A DNA stretch of 64,000 nucleotides. Source: Paramoeba atlantica. Taxonomy: Eukaryota; Protista; Discosea. A program made the position numbers and the translations under genes. Below are positions 20,523-31,875 of this stretch, in pieces; the first letter of the stretch is position 1; the number at the start of each line of letters is the position of its first letter. Below the pieces are notes generated by a model. It was not told where the DNA came from, ran no database searches, and was given only the letters and a program-made list of their open reading frames with translations. The DNA lies in contig CDRNVI010000019.1 in NCBI GenBank assembly GCA_977017575.1, positions 1 to 64,000 of the forward strand. Direction: 5' to 3'.

Positions 20523-23500
20523 GTGACCAAAGTGGCGTTGTTCCTGGAACCGGAGAAAACGTCCCACGTCCTGGTAACAGGGCTCAGCCCAAGCGCGTCA
20601 CTTGGATTGCTCCGAGATCATGTGGCAGCCACAATTCAACTCCCAAACGGCCTTATTCAAATCGTGGATCCCACCTCATATGAAGAGTTACCTCTCTCTG
20701 GGATTATCGGTCCCCCGACGACGGAATGCGTGTACGGGGCTACTATCAAGGCCCCACCAGGAGAAAAGTCAGGCAACGAAATCCCAATTTATTGTCAAAT
20801 TGAAGATCACCCAATCCGTATACCTGAGGGTGTAGCGCCGGTTGAGTACCCTGTTGCTATCTGCCACTTTCTAGGCATTGAACTTTCTTTGTCAAAATCC
20901 TGGGAACAGATTAAGGATGCGAGCGGGGTTTCATGGTGGTGCTTTAGGCCACCAGTTCTGTCATCAGAAACTGGCCGGTCCAAAGACCAAGTTCATACAT
21001 GGTTAATAAGAGGGGGTATTGAGAGCAACCCCGGCCCACGGGCAGTGTGGTGTTTCCGGTCAACTAAAAACGTCATCGCCAACTCTGGTTGGTCCAAAGC
21101 GCAAGTACGCACCCAGCTGATCCGAGGCTGCATTGAAAGCAACCCCGGACCGGGTAAGAAGAGGGGCCGACCCCCCGGAAGAAAGTTCACACCTTCAAGT
21201 TCGTTGGATCTCGGGTCACTTCAGATCCAAGCAGACTCGACGATAGAGGAAAACCCAGGCCCGGAGCGCCCACGCGGCCGGCCCAAGGGAAGCAAAACAA
21301 GAGTTAAAGATGTGTTGAATCTGGAAGAAATTCACCCTGGAAGCCCTTGCATATCTGGGGCCTCAGAAGCAGTCCCACGTGGGACCATACTGGAGAAGAT
21401 GGCTGGAGGAATATTCGAAGATTGTTCAACCAAAGAGGTTCAATCGGGATCGCATATCTCACAGAAACTGTGTAATACGACAAATCTTCCGCCTCGTCAA
21501 CTCCACGAAATACAAAGCCTGCGGGAAACATACACAAAACTGATTACGCGACCTAGTCTGCGTAAATTATATCACCTGCAATTACCGTGCTGGAAGGAAT
21601 TATGCGGTGGAATATGCAGAGACTTTGAAATACAACACACAGACACAAAAGCAAAGATGTCGTGGAACCTATTATGCGCAGTGAAGCAGTTCTTATTCCT
21701 GCCCGAAAGTCAACTGACTCATCGGCAACTGGCGTATGAACTACGAAAGCGGATGGCCGAGCAAGAACCAAAATTTACCCCTTCGCTTGCAACCAAAAGT
21801 GTGGCAAAGTTTAACCCGGTAGGCCGAGCAGAGGCACTGCTTAAACTTGGTGCGATCGGGAAAGCGGCAAAAGCGCTAGAGGCGAAGGAACGACAACCAC
21901 TATCTACTGAAGAGATCGCTAAGGCCATAGATCGACTTCACCCAAAGGCCTTTCGGGGTTATAAACATTTGCCGGCAAAATCTATGGACATCGAAAAGCA
22001 AACCTTAACTGACAGGGCTAGAAAGCTCGCCAAAGGATCCGCGCCGGGCCCATCAGGCTGGACACGCGAACTTCTTATACCGCTCCTAGAGGACCAGGAT
22101 ATCGTGGCCTGCGTTACTTGGATAGCTACAGCAGTGCTGCGAAACTCCCGAGACGCTCAGCTAAGGGACGTCTTAACCAGCTCCACTCTGATCTTGCTGC
22201 GCAAGGAGGGCCCTTCCGTAGAAGGATCCCCAGCCTGCCGACCTATAGCAATGGGGGAAATCTTTCTTAAATTGGCTAGCCAAATCGCCATGGACAGGGT
22301 AGCAGAAGCAACGGGCAGACTTTTCCAAGATACACAATTTGGTGTTGGAACAAGAAACGGAGGACCTAAAATAATATTAAGGGCAAGAAACGCGTTTCGT
22401 CAAAAAGCGGACTTTGTGCTCTTGACAGTAGACATCCGTAACGCCTTCAATTCAATTGAAAAAAGCGCGGTGTTTCAGTATCTAAGGGGAAATGATGAAT
22501 TTCACGAGCTATACGGGGTGACCTCATATGTATATGGGGCTCCAACTACGATATTTAACTCGTCGTGTTCGCCGACTAAGGTTCTGAGGGGAGTCCGACA
22601 AGGCGACCCATTAGGACCGTTACTGTTTTCTCTCGGCTTGCACCAAATTCTTGGAAAATTGAAGGATGAGTTCAGTGATCTGACGCTTTGGGCTTACCTA
22701 GACGACCTTTCAATCATCGGCCCGGCAGAACGTGCCGCACAGGCGTTTGGCGCTCTCTGTGATCACGCTTCGGGAATAGGACTGGAGGTACATCCGGCCA
22801 AATGTAAGCTTTCGACGCATTTCAATGACCAGTACGCTCCTTTCAGAGGTATGAACATAGAGCATGCGGAGCAAGGACAAAAGCTCCTAGGTGCATTCGT
22901 CTCCAAGGAAGGCGCGGATGAAACCAGATGGGTAGTCAACCAAATGCCTAAATTGCAGACATTCCTGGATCGGCTGCAACATCTCTCGTTACAAAGTGCT
23001 TACATTTTGCTGAAGAGATGTGGAGTCCCCCGGTGGGACTACCTAATGCGGTGTCATGAGCCGGAGGTAACGGCAAAAGCCAACGTGTTAGCGGACAAGG
23101 CCATACAGGAGTGTGCCTCAGAGCTGCTAGGAGGCTTCGAAGACCTGGAAAAGAACCCGTTTCACAGTACTCTCATGACGGGCGACCTTTTGGGGGCGAA
23201 ACCTTTTGCGCAGCAAGCGGCAACTCTGTATTCTCGCACAAAAGCTGAGGTATTAGGGTGTATGGAAAGACGACGTTCTGCCTTGACAAGATATGAAGAG
23301 TCGAAGTCAGCAGTGCGTAAAGAAACCAGCGAACTACATGACGCCCATTCACTTCAGTTGATGGACAAGAGAACGCGCAATTGGACAGAGGCGCATAGGA
23401 ATCGGGGTGAGTACTTCATGCGCAACGCAGAATGGCAAACAGCCATGCGCATGCGATACTTGATAGCACCTACTTCGGACCCTTTCGCACAACGTGAGTG

Positions 23501-24053
23501 CGGAGACATCCTCTCAAACAAAGATTTTGTTGTGCACGCCCTTGACTGCAATAAAGTCAAAGGCGACACTGCGGCCACTCGCCACAAACTTGTTAAGAAT
23601 GCCTTCGTGCACTTGCTACGACAGTACGGATTCACTCCTGACAATCATGAACCCCGATTCTCTGCTGGTCAGGGCCCCGACGTCTGCTTTATGCTGGGAG
23701 GGAAGATATGTCTGGTGGACTTGACCGTCGTTAACCCCCTCGCCCCTTCTTATGTTAAGGCCGAATGGGTAGCGCCTGGCAACACTCTAGAAAGGGTGGA
23801 AAGCTTGAAAGTAAAAGCGCACAGTGACATGGCCACGAAAAGGGGTATGCATTTCTACCCCCTTCCATTTACCGTTTTTGGTGTGGCAGGGAAGCGCACC
23901 GTACTCCTCCTAAAGGAGATCGCAAGGTATACGTATGACAGGAAAGGTTTCCTGCGTCATGCACTACAAGCCATTAATGTGGCTGTTCAAAAAGGCAACG
24001 CCGCGATACTATCCTCCGCGGTAAAAGAGTGGAGGAAGGCGGGTGTCCGCTAA
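20523..24053 (+). CDS. Retrotransposon polyprotein: N-terminal domain, three 2A-like motifs, AT-hooks, reverse transcriptase, REL endonuclease
   Basis: RT motifs APGPSGW, CRPIAMGE, QFGVG, VDIRNAFNSI, GVRQGDPLGPLLF, AYLDD. C-terminal C..HALDC, RHKLV, PD...LVDLTVVNP and KVKAH (REL). No APE domain. Confidence 0.92.
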   Translation: MTKVALFLEPEKTSHVLVTGLSPSASLGLLRDHVAATIQLPNGLIQIVDPTSYEELPLSGIIGPPTTECVYGATIKAPPGEKSGNEIPIYCQIEDHPIRIPEGVAPVEYPVAICHFLGIELSLSKSWEQIKDASGVSWWCFRPPVLSSETGRSKDQVHTWLIRGGIESNPGPRAVWCFRSTKNVIANSGWSKAQVRTQLIRGCIESNPGPGKKRGRPPGRKFTPSSSLDLGSLQIQADSTIEENPGPERPRGRPKGSKTRVKDVLNLEEIHPGSPCISGASEAVPRGTILEKMAGGIFEDCSTKEVQSGSHISQKLCNTTNLPPRQLHEIQSLRETYTKLITRPSLRKLYHLQLPCWKELCGGICRDFEIQHTDTKAKMSWNLLCAVKQFLFLPESQLTHRQLAYELRKRMAEQEPKFTPSLATKSVAKFNPVGRAEALLKLGAIGKAAKALEAKERQPLSTEEIAKAIDRLHPKAFRGYKHLPAKSMDIEKQTLTDRARKLAKGSAPGPSGWTRELLIPLLEDQDIVACVTWIATAVLRNSRDAQLRDVLTSSTLILLRKEGPSVEGSPACRPIAMGEIFLKLASQIAMDRVAEATGRLFQDTQFGVGTRNGGPKIILRARNAFRQKADFVLLTVDIRNAFNSIEKSAVFQYLRGNDEFHELYGVTSYVYGAPTTIFNSSCSPTKVLRGVRQGDPLGPLLFSLGLHQILGKLKDEFSDLTLWAYLDDLSIIGPAERAAQAFGALCDHASGIGLEVHPAKCKLSTHFNDQYAPFRGMNIEHAEQGQKLLGAFVSKEGADETRWVVNQMPKLQTFLDRLQHLSLQSAYILLKRCGVPRWDYLMRCHEPEVTAKANVLADKAIQECASELLGGFEDLEKNPFHSTLMTGDLLGAKPFAQQAATLYSRTKAEVLGCMERRRSALTRYEESKSAVRKETSELHDAHSLQLMDKRTRNWTEAHRNRGEYFMRNAEWQTAMRMRYLIAPTSDPFAQRECGDILSNKDFVVHALDCNKVKGDTAATRHKLVKNAFVHLLRQYGFTPDNHEPRFSAGQGPDVCFMLGGKICLVDLTVVNPLAPSYVKAEWVAPGNTLERVESLKVKAHSDMATKRGMHFYPLPFTVFGVAGKRTVLLLKEIARYTYDRKGFLRHALQAINVAVQKGNAAILSSAVKEWRKAGVR

Positions 24054-24871
24054 TTGAAAATGCGAAATGACTTTACAAAATCGTTTTGGTTGTTTTTCGT
24101 TAATGATTATTCTTTCCTTCAAAATGAGGAAAAACGGATAAAAAGACTCAAAATTCCACGGGGGGGGGAAGATATCTTGAAACCACCGTACTTTTGTTCC
24201 TCACCACGTTTTCGCATTAACACAACTGTTGACATAACTTTCTTGCCCCCTGTAAGCAAAGGCTTCTGAAACTGAGGCGCCGCGAAGCGACGCCGATTTT
24301 TTTTTCGTGTTTCGAATTTTCATTTCATCCCCCCCTGCTTTAATAGATACAAATTTAATAGATACCAATGATGAAATTGCCACCCTTTAATAGATTGCCC
24401 CCATTTATGAAATTGCCCCCCTTTAATAGATACAAATGACGAAATTGTGTCTACATTAAAGGGGGGGTCACAGTACCATTACGTGTGGTCCATAGGAGGA
24501 GCCCGCGTGGGGCACTGTCAGAGAGGCCCAAATGTAGTCGGCCGCATCAAGGTCCGCATCAAAGCCCCCGTTTGCGAGCAAGGCCTAATTGTGAGCGTAG
24601 CCCTGGGACAGAATTATAATTTTTGGCGACCCGTGCGCTTCCTCGCATGGGACTCGCGTCGACGACTTCGCATGGGAAGCTGTAAGGATCTTCGAAACTA
24701 CGGAATTGTAGGGCTGTGGATGAAAATGAAATTTTCGAAAATCTCTTATAGAATGCTCACACTTTTCCAGACTAATGGAGCCATATTTTCTATAAAAAAT
24801 GCCATTTTTTCGATTTCGAACGTTTTTTGAAAAGTTGAAATTACCGAAAAAACCTACGGCACTATTCTTTC

Positions 24872-26053
24872 TTAAAGGTTTGTGTCAGTATTACGCTGCT
24901 GAGTTCTTTGCAGGAGTGATAGTATTTGTGAAAATTCTATATTACGCCTCGAGCTCAATACATTCTGGTCCAGCAGCTCTTGTATTGTCGCCTCAATACA
25001 AAGTACATCTTTTTCCAATGAAAGCATGCTGGACCATTCTCGGAAATTTTGCATAGCACTTATCATCAAACGGCATATTAGGCAAAGAACAAGACCCAAA
25101 TTTTCATTTTCTCTAATTTCCGTGCTCCATATACGCTGAGACACCAGAGAACCGCTTTGCGCTAAAGCAAAGAGAAGATCACAAATAAGCGGTGTTGTGC
25201 GCTCCTGTATAGGATCCAAAATCCTTTCGAGAGCTAGTTCGCACGACAAAATTTTTCTAATCGCACAATAAATCTCGCGTATACAGTAATGAGCCTCGAT
25301 AGAAGGCAATTCTCTGCACCAATGAGGAAGATTAGTAACGACGGTAACAAGTAGCACAATATCATGAGTCTCCCCACTTTGTAGGCAAAGCTGCGTGGCA
25401 AGATGTAATGAGCTTACGAAATGTACGACTTCCATTCTTCTTGGTGCATACCACAGTGTGAAAAAATGACGGATTTTCCGAAATATCTCTTTCCCAGGAA
25501 AATAATTAAGAATTTCAGCCGAATATGACAATTCGGAATGTATTTTCGTGCATCCTCCAAGCAAATGCTCGGCAATATTATTTAATGGAAGACCCACGTC
25601 AACGGTTCCGTATATAATAGCGACAGCTGGATAACGAATTATAACTCCAGTTTTTCCTTCATCGTAGTGAAATATATGCCTACATCGTTCATTTGTAGGA
25701 ATATGAAGAGTGTTATGCCCTTGTTTTTCAATCTCTTTCCATGACTTAATACGTAACCGCAAAACGTTTTCGTGCTCGGCCCGTAAGATGTAGTTCAAGA
25801 GCATTCTGGATGATAACGAGCGTAGCCCCGACTTGAACAAAGCTCGATAAAGTACATCCAAATCTGTTTTGGCGTTCGAGAACCAAAATTGCATGAGATC
25901 TATTTCTTCTTGGGGTGCATTTGTTGCTTGTAGTTGAGGCAAAGCAACGTTGACGAGGTAACCCAAAATCTGCCATCCGTATTCGTCGAATGGGATCGTA
26001 GAGTCATATTTTTCCCTTTTCACTGAGAGAATATCGCACTCCGACATCTGCAT
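24872..26053 (-). CDS. Hypothetical protein (393 aa, probably alpha-helical)
   Basis: Long ATG-started ORF co-oriented with the gene cluster; no family recognised. Confidence 0.7.
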   Translation of the reverse strand: MQMSECDILSVKREKYDSTIPFDEYGWQILGYLVNVALPQLQATNAPQEEIDLMQFWFSNAKTDLDVLYRALFKSGLRSLSSRMLLNYILRAEHENVLRLRIKSWKEIEKQGHNTLHIPTNERCRHIFHYDEGKTGVIIRYPAVAIIYGTVDVGLPLNNIAEHLLGGCTKIHSELSYSAEILNYFPGKEIFRKIRHFFTLWYAPRRMEVVHFVSSLHLATQLCLQSGETHDIVLLVTVVTNLPHWCRELPSIEAHYCIREIYCAIRKILSCELALERILDPIQERTTPLICDLLFALAQSGSLVSQRIWSTEIRENENLGLVLCLICRLMISAMQNFREWSSMLSLEKDVLCIEATIQELLDQNVLSSRRNIEFSQILSLLQRTQQRNTDTNL

Positions 26054-26362
26054 AGTTTCTCATTCAGGATACTAATGCACCTGATACAAAGATTAGTGTC
26101 CAGTGTATACAGAACAGTCTAAACAGAGTAATTCTTTTTGATTTGATGAACACGTTTTTGAATAACGTTATTGAAATATGTAGACACCCATTAAAACCAT
26201 AATATAAATTTGCAAAATGGGTTGCTTCCCATTGTGCAGCTCTAGTAGTACACAAACGATTGTACATTGCTAAGTGATGTAGTACTCATCATCACTCTCG
26301 GTGAAACCCACTTTTTTGGATGCAAGAATCGGTCCATACGTGCTTTGATGTGTGCTTACTGA

Positions 26363-27925
26363 CTACACTTTACGTTCTCGTTTCCCTAATATTTTTTTTT
26401 GCTCGTCGACGAGGTGCTTGACAATTTTTGCTACATGAAGAGAGCTTGGTGCGCTGCGGCACTCAGATGAGGTATCACCCAGTTCGATTGGTAAGAGCAA
26501 TGGGGATGTTTTTAACACAGAGTACATGGGAGACATTGTTTCACGTAGCGGTGAATGTGCTTGATAACGCATACAGTCTTCTGTTTTGTTATCTAGATGG
26601 CCTTCCCCATTACCATTATTGCTCGCCGTCATATCGCGTGCGAATGCGTCGACTTCCTCCAGAATTTTTGTGTCAAATCTGACTGGGCTGTGCTCCGCCA
26701 ATTCGCTAGCGCTCATATCTTGTTGAGGTACGCTGTCCATTGACGCATAGCTCTTTTGATTCGTGTTGCACAAGGCAAGAACACTAGCAAATGAGTCTCT
26801 TTCGTATGATTCCTTTACCTTAATATTTTTTTCATGAATATTTGGAAAGCGGACAAACTCAAAAGGAACAACACCACCCTTTGACCCTCTTGACAAAGAT
26901 AAACCGCCAGGAAGAAGAGTAGAGCCCTGTTCAAGAGACCGTAATTGTACAATCATTGTGTCTTCACTATCCCCTTCGTATTCGATTCCGCGAGGATATC
27001 TCCGACTTCGGCGACGAATAGATTCTACAACATCATGAAATGACCATTTCTTGGCGTGCATTACACGGATGCAGCTTGTTGGGCCTTCCTTGCTGTGAGA
27101 TTCACATGAGTACGGGGCAGAAGAGCATGTGCATGAACTTGAGTTATGATCTCTTTCCGTGTTATTTCTCTTAGGGGTATGTCGATCTTGCGTACTATCA
27201 TCTTGCGTACTATCATATGAGTTCGGTTGCTGTCCCGGATACGTGACCCCACGATCCAGTTCTTTTCCCATACTGGACGCAACCCTTCGAAATGAACGAT
27301 GCACATTGTCTTGTTCGCATTGATCTAGTATCTGGAGTAAATATCTAGAGTTGTGTTCTGATTCCAGAAGTTCGGATTGTGAATTTACTTTCCTATCGCA
27401 AGATAAATCACGGAGATTTCCCAATTCCTGCGATGACTTACGCCGACCTCCCTCATCGTTGCTGTTGGGCTTGTATCGGTGACATAGAATATCACGCTGT
27501 TGTGAAGGTCTTACAGCATCATAACGCGAGACTTTTGCAAGCTTCCTTACATCTTTACTATGCCTATCCTTTTCATGCCGATCTTTTTCACATCGCTCCT
27601 TTTCGTATCGACCCTTTTCATATCGATTATTAGCGCGTCCATCACAAGCATGTCGATCGTTGGAATGCCGACCGTTCCTACATCGATCGTCTCTATATTG
27701 ATCCGTACTATCCCTGTACCTCGTATAACTTCTTGGTTTTTCAGGCGAGTAATACGCACGCCCCGTCAGAGAATTGTATGTAGGACTTCTGGAACGTAGT
27801 GCCAGGTCACGTTTGTTAATATCTGCATGTAAATCTGTATTTCTGTAATCCTTTTCTTGATTTGATCTCCTGCAAGATGAGGAAATTGCGTTTGCCCTAT
27901 TCGTAAATTGAGTACACCCAGACAT
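26363..27925 (-). CDS. Hypothetical R/D/S-rich low-complexity protein (520 aa)
   Basis: Long ORF on the cluster strand with an RYEK/RHEK pentapeptide repeat; no family recognised. Confidence 0.65.
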   Translation of the reverse strand: MSGCTQFTNRANAISSSCRRSNQEKDYRNTDLHADINKRDLALRSRSPTYNSLTGRAYYSPEKPRSYTRYRDSTDQYRDDRCRNGRHSNDRHACDGRANNRYEKGRYEKERCEKDRHEKDRHSKDVRKLAKVSRYDAVRPSQQRDILCHRYKPNSNDEGGRRKSSQELGNLRDLSCDRKVNSQSELLESEHNSRYLLQILDQCEQDNVHRSFRRVASSMGKELDRGVTYPGQQPNSYDSTQDDSTQDRHTPKRNNTERDHNSSSCTCSSAPYSCESHSKEGPTSCIRVMHAKKWSFHDVVESIRRRSRRYPRGIEYEGDSEDTMIVQLRSLEQGSTLLPGGLSLSRGSKGGVVPFEFVRFPNIHEKNIKVKESYERDSFASVLALCNTNQKSYASMDSVPQQDMSASELAEHSPVRFDTKILEEVDAFARDMTASNNGNGEGHLDNKTEDCMRYQAHSPLRETMSPMYSVLKTSPLLLPIELGDTSSECRSAPSSLHVAKIVKHLVDEQKKILGKRERKV

Positions 27926-29144
27926 TGGCCCGAGATTGACGCAAAATGCCTCTTCGCAGGAAAAAAGCGTATAAACAATGTGCTAAAAACTTAACTATCC
28001 AACCTTTAGTGTTACAAATCTCAATGCTCATAAGTTGAAGTAATCCTTTCAAAAATCTTCAGAAAACCCTAACATTTGATATAGAGAATATGATCGCATG
28101 CGTAAAACTGCTTCAAGCTAAGAAGAGAGAAAAAAGTCGACAAGGAGATTCATTTTCCAGCAGCGGGTTCGAACGTGTGGCTTGATTAAGCTTGTAACAT
28201 TGCAGTAATCTAACAGTAGCCTGTAACATTATAGGAAGCAAGAGGTGTCGTTCCTGACTAAATGGGTGTACTGGCTTATAGAGTATTCAAGTTCAGTGTT
28301 TTAAATGGCGCAGAGCCTTCCTTACCTGTAGTTTATAGCTACCTTTGTTTTATAAAGATGAGACCTCCAGATCGTATGGATATACTGACATTGTTCAGGC
28401 TGATCACTCAAGTAAATCTTTCGAGAAATGATTTTTGAGTAAGAAAACAAGGAACTGCGAGTAAATTGCCATGGTAAGGTCCCACTGTCGAATCAGAATA
28501 CACATACAAGAATAAAAAAATTAAGGATAGAATACTTACATTTCGTACTATATAAAACTAGTGGCAGCACGTACAGATACGTGATATTCGTGACTAAGAA
28601 ATTTGAGTCCCAACGTACTCAAAAGTCCACAGTACTCAATAGTATCAGTAAGAAAGACGAATCTACAAGCTAGATCTACAAATGTACTCAAAAATTAAGC
28701 CACTGTAATAAATTTACTATTGACCTAGGCGCCAAGTGCGAGGTCAAAACGACATCCATGTAAATTACTTACGTGTTTTTACAAAGGTATGGATCATCCG
28801 CGTACATTCTATTACGTATGCACTCACACGTACTAAACAGTCAGTATTGAAACATACCGTATGAATGACGTGACACCGCATTCATCACCTTTGTATCAAG
28901 TAACTAAGTTTATGATTAGTAATTGTTCTAGTCTGTATTTTTTTTACATAGGAATGCTAAATACTTTCAAAAATGCGGAATATTTAACTTGAAAAAAACT
29001 CATGGTACTATTGTACCACTGTATACACTGTAATACTTTACATGTACCACTTACTTCCAATGCACCATATCACAGATTCATATCTGTTTTTCTTCAATAA
29101 ATAATGCATATTCACTATGTACGTATGATATAGAAAACATTTCT

Positions 29145-31226
29145 CTACTTCAGACGTTCTGGTGTGTCGAATAAGGATCTAGCGGAGAATCTATTACCTT
29201 GAGAGCCCTTTTCAAGGAATTTTGTCATAAAACGAAGTGGATTCATTGAGGCAACCATTTCGTGTATTCTCGCATCCAACGACGATAGTTCGGCCTGAAC
29301 CTTCTTTTGGACTAGACCGACGGCTTCCTCTTGATGAGATTTGACTTCACTCAACCCTTGTTGTAGCTCGAGCTCCATTGCGGTCATATGTTCTGCGAGT
29401 ACATTGTTCTGTGCTGCGATACCTGTAATATCAGCGCTTAATTTGTCCACAAGTGATGACATACTTGCCTTTAGTGCCGATTGCTCACGCCGCAATTCAT
29501 TCATTTCTGTTTTAAGCAGCTGTGAGTATTCTGTGTAATGTTTATCACACCGTCCTTGAAGCTGCTGCACCTCAGTGTCGAACCGTCGCATTGCTTCCGA
29601 TAAAATTTCTTGCCCCTCTTTGTGCCTCACGCTCACTTTTTGAGTTACAATTTCCTTTAACTGCGACAACAGTGGATCAATTTCAGTGCTATATATGTTG
29701 CCTACAAAAGGTTTCCCAAGTTTAGGAGATTCTCGACGTGCTTGCGTAGAAATTGAGCTCGGTAAAGGGCGAGGAGCTGAGCTTGTAAAAGCTAGCGCGG
29801 AACTTGCAAACGCTCCCGTAGAACTAGGCATATCAGTATGTATTGCATTTGTAGGCAGATTGGTGTGTTCCACTTTTTGATTAGGATAGGGTGCAGTTGT
29901 ACTTTTGAGAAAATTGGCATGGGATGGGAGGGTGATATTACTTTGATCGTTTTCGTCTCTTTTTCTTTTCAGAGACTGCTCTGCATCTGTGAAATATTGA
30001 GTGGAATCCATGTCCGTAATATCATTACGTGCTTCTTGCGAAATAGCTTTGGATTTTTGTAATGCCTTGGATCTCGCTATTTCCTTCGAAATCCACTGTT
30101 GTACATTACTCTCCCGCATTTTCCGATATTCTGAATCCGATATGGCAAGTGAAACGCTAGGAAAATCTGTGGAATTCGAAGTAAACAGAATTTGTGATGG
30201 TAGCGTTGCGTCGTCACTTTTCAACTCGTAGTACGGTCTCATGGAAAATGGCAATTCTGCAAAACGGATAACAAGTTCTTTGTGGCGATTCAACTTTATC
30301 GCTTGAATGTGATCATACGGAACGGCTAGGTCAGCTTCTTGCCAATCCAACACCATAATGGTTTTCCCGAAAAAAGTAGTAATCTGGCTACCGTCACTGT
30401 GCTTATGAACCTTCGTTGTCGGCCCCGTAGAAGTTTTTCCTAATCCTGGCAGTGGCGAAAATGAGATGCTTTTTGATTCAATGGAGCAAACATGAGAATT
30501 CGGAGACGTCTGAGCTATCTCTAACATACTTCTTAACATACGCGCATCACCAGGTAACCGTTCCATGGAGTCGACAAATGGAGCACCAAGAACATCCGCT
30601 AATGACCGTAAGATTGCAGGATTGGATAGACCCAAGCAGTAAATAATTTCCATACACTGTAACTGAACATATATATCGCTTGTCTGACGAGTGTAAGACG
30701 CAATAATCCTGATGTCCCCAACAAACTTATGCGTTTCTGTTTCCTTGACAATGTTGGTTAGCAATGTACAACAGGCGCGAATAGTATCGTACGGAAGAGC
30801 AAAATGCAAAGTTGAGGAATCGGCTTCATCTATTCGTGCTTTACCAAGATACTCGAAAACTAAACGTCCCCATTTTTGCGCAAAACTAATTTTCAGTGGA
30901 GGATAGTCACATAGTGAGTCCAGTATGCTAAAGAGCTGAATTACTATTGCGTGCAGATGAACAGGGCTCGTATGAGCTGGGATGCTCGGCGTGACGAACA
31001 ATTCTGTAGATACGATGTCTAACAGGTTGCTTAAATCATCAATGTATTGCTCTTTGCTACCATGCTCTTCTGCCTTTTCCAACGCCTTAGAACTGCATAG
31101 AAAGTCCTGCAACTGGATTATAGTTCCGTATAGCTTGCTAATCGGCAATTCGTGAAATATCGAGACACCGGTTTTTATTACGTATTGCAAGGGATCCTGC
31201 AGAGAATTTTCACCCACAGACTTCAT
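29145..31226 (-). CDS. ARM + PH + C-terminal coiled-coil protein, possibly SYCP2-like / kinetochore KKT17-KKT18-like
   Basis: Helical N-terminus ending DIYVQLQCMEIIYCL (like SYCP2 DYDLQVAIxEALCR), a beta-rich PH-like segment (TTFFGKTIMVLDWQEADLAVPYDHIQAIKL), an S/T/P linker, then ~150 aa of heptad coiled coil. The family call is pattern recognition only. Confidence 0.5.
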   Translation of the reverse strand: MKSVGENSLQDPLQYVIKTGVSIFHELPISKLYGTIIQLQDFLCSSKALEKAEEHGSKEQYIDDLSNLLDIVSTELFVTPSIPAHTSPVHLHAIVIQLFSILDSLCDYPPLKISFAQKWGRLVFEYLGKARIDEADSSTLHFALPYDTIRACCTLLTNIVKETETHKFVGDIRIIASYTRQTSDIYVQLQCMEIIYCLGLSNPAILRSLADVLGAPFVDSMERLPGDARMLRSMLEIAQTSPNSHVCSIESKSISFSPLPGLGKTSTGPTTKVHKHSDGSQITTFFGKTIMVLDWQEADLAVPYDHIQAIKLNRHKELVIRFAELPFSMRPYYELKSDDATLPSQILFTSNSTDFPSVSLAISDSEYRKMRESNVQQWISKEIARSKALQKSKAISQEARNDITDMDSTQYFTDAEQSLKRKRDENDQSNITLPSHANFLKSTTAPYPNQKVEHTNLPTNAIHTDMPSSTGAFASSALAFTSSAPRPLPSSISTQARRESPKLGKPFVGNIYSTEIDPLLSQLKEIVTQKVSVRHKEGQEILSEAMRRFDTEVQQLQGRCDKHYTEYSQLLKTEMNELRREQSALKASMSSLVDKLSADITGIAAQNNVLAEHMTAMELELQQGLSEVKSHQEEAVGLVQKKVQAELSSLDARIHEMVASMNPLRFMTKFLEKGSQGNRFSARSLFDTPERLK

Positions 31227-31875
31227 AACGGTTTCGAATAAGGATACTAAGAAAATTGTCAGTTCTAATTTTATAGCTGATACTATAAGACTATCGTTTT
31301 TCTTTTTTGTTCTACAATAAAAAAATGCTTCTGGACTTGCGTTTCACATTGTCTCCCTTACTTGAGTTTGTATACTGCCCCCTACTTAAGAGTCCGAGGG
31401 GTACCCCGCACGGAAATCCTTTTTTCTTATGAGCCCAGTTTTTTGTACCACGGAGATTAATTTTCATGGTCTCCTAAGTCCAAACGTCCGAAGTCGGCGG
31501 ACGCTTAATTAGGGAGGGGCCGTACTTGTTATGACTACACAGCGCTATTTTCCGAAAAAATATTTCCCAAAGAATCTTTTTTCAAAAGCCTTCTCAATAA
31601 TTCAGACGAATGCATTTCCAATGCTACAGTGAGTGCCGTTATAACCACGTACTGGTTGTAGCAACTGCAGAACTGATTTTTTTTGCATTTGTATTTACAT
31701 TTATAATACAATGTATGATTACCGTAGACTACAGTACACGTAAAATTAAATACAATACACCGTGAATTAAATACAGACTACCGTAAAAAATCAATTTTAC
31801 AACGGTTAACAAAATTGGTGCTTAGATATACCTCGTGTGTTCTATTTTCCAAGCGCGGATTCCTAAATGATATCC

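Larger units (their letters stand above)
19940..24160 (+). mobile_element. CRE/SLACS-like non-LTR retrotransposon (RT plus restriction-like endonuclease); 3' boundary approximate
   Basis: SL relic, structured 5' UTR and one long intact ORF. No poly(A) tail or TSD was recognised. Confidence 0.8.
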
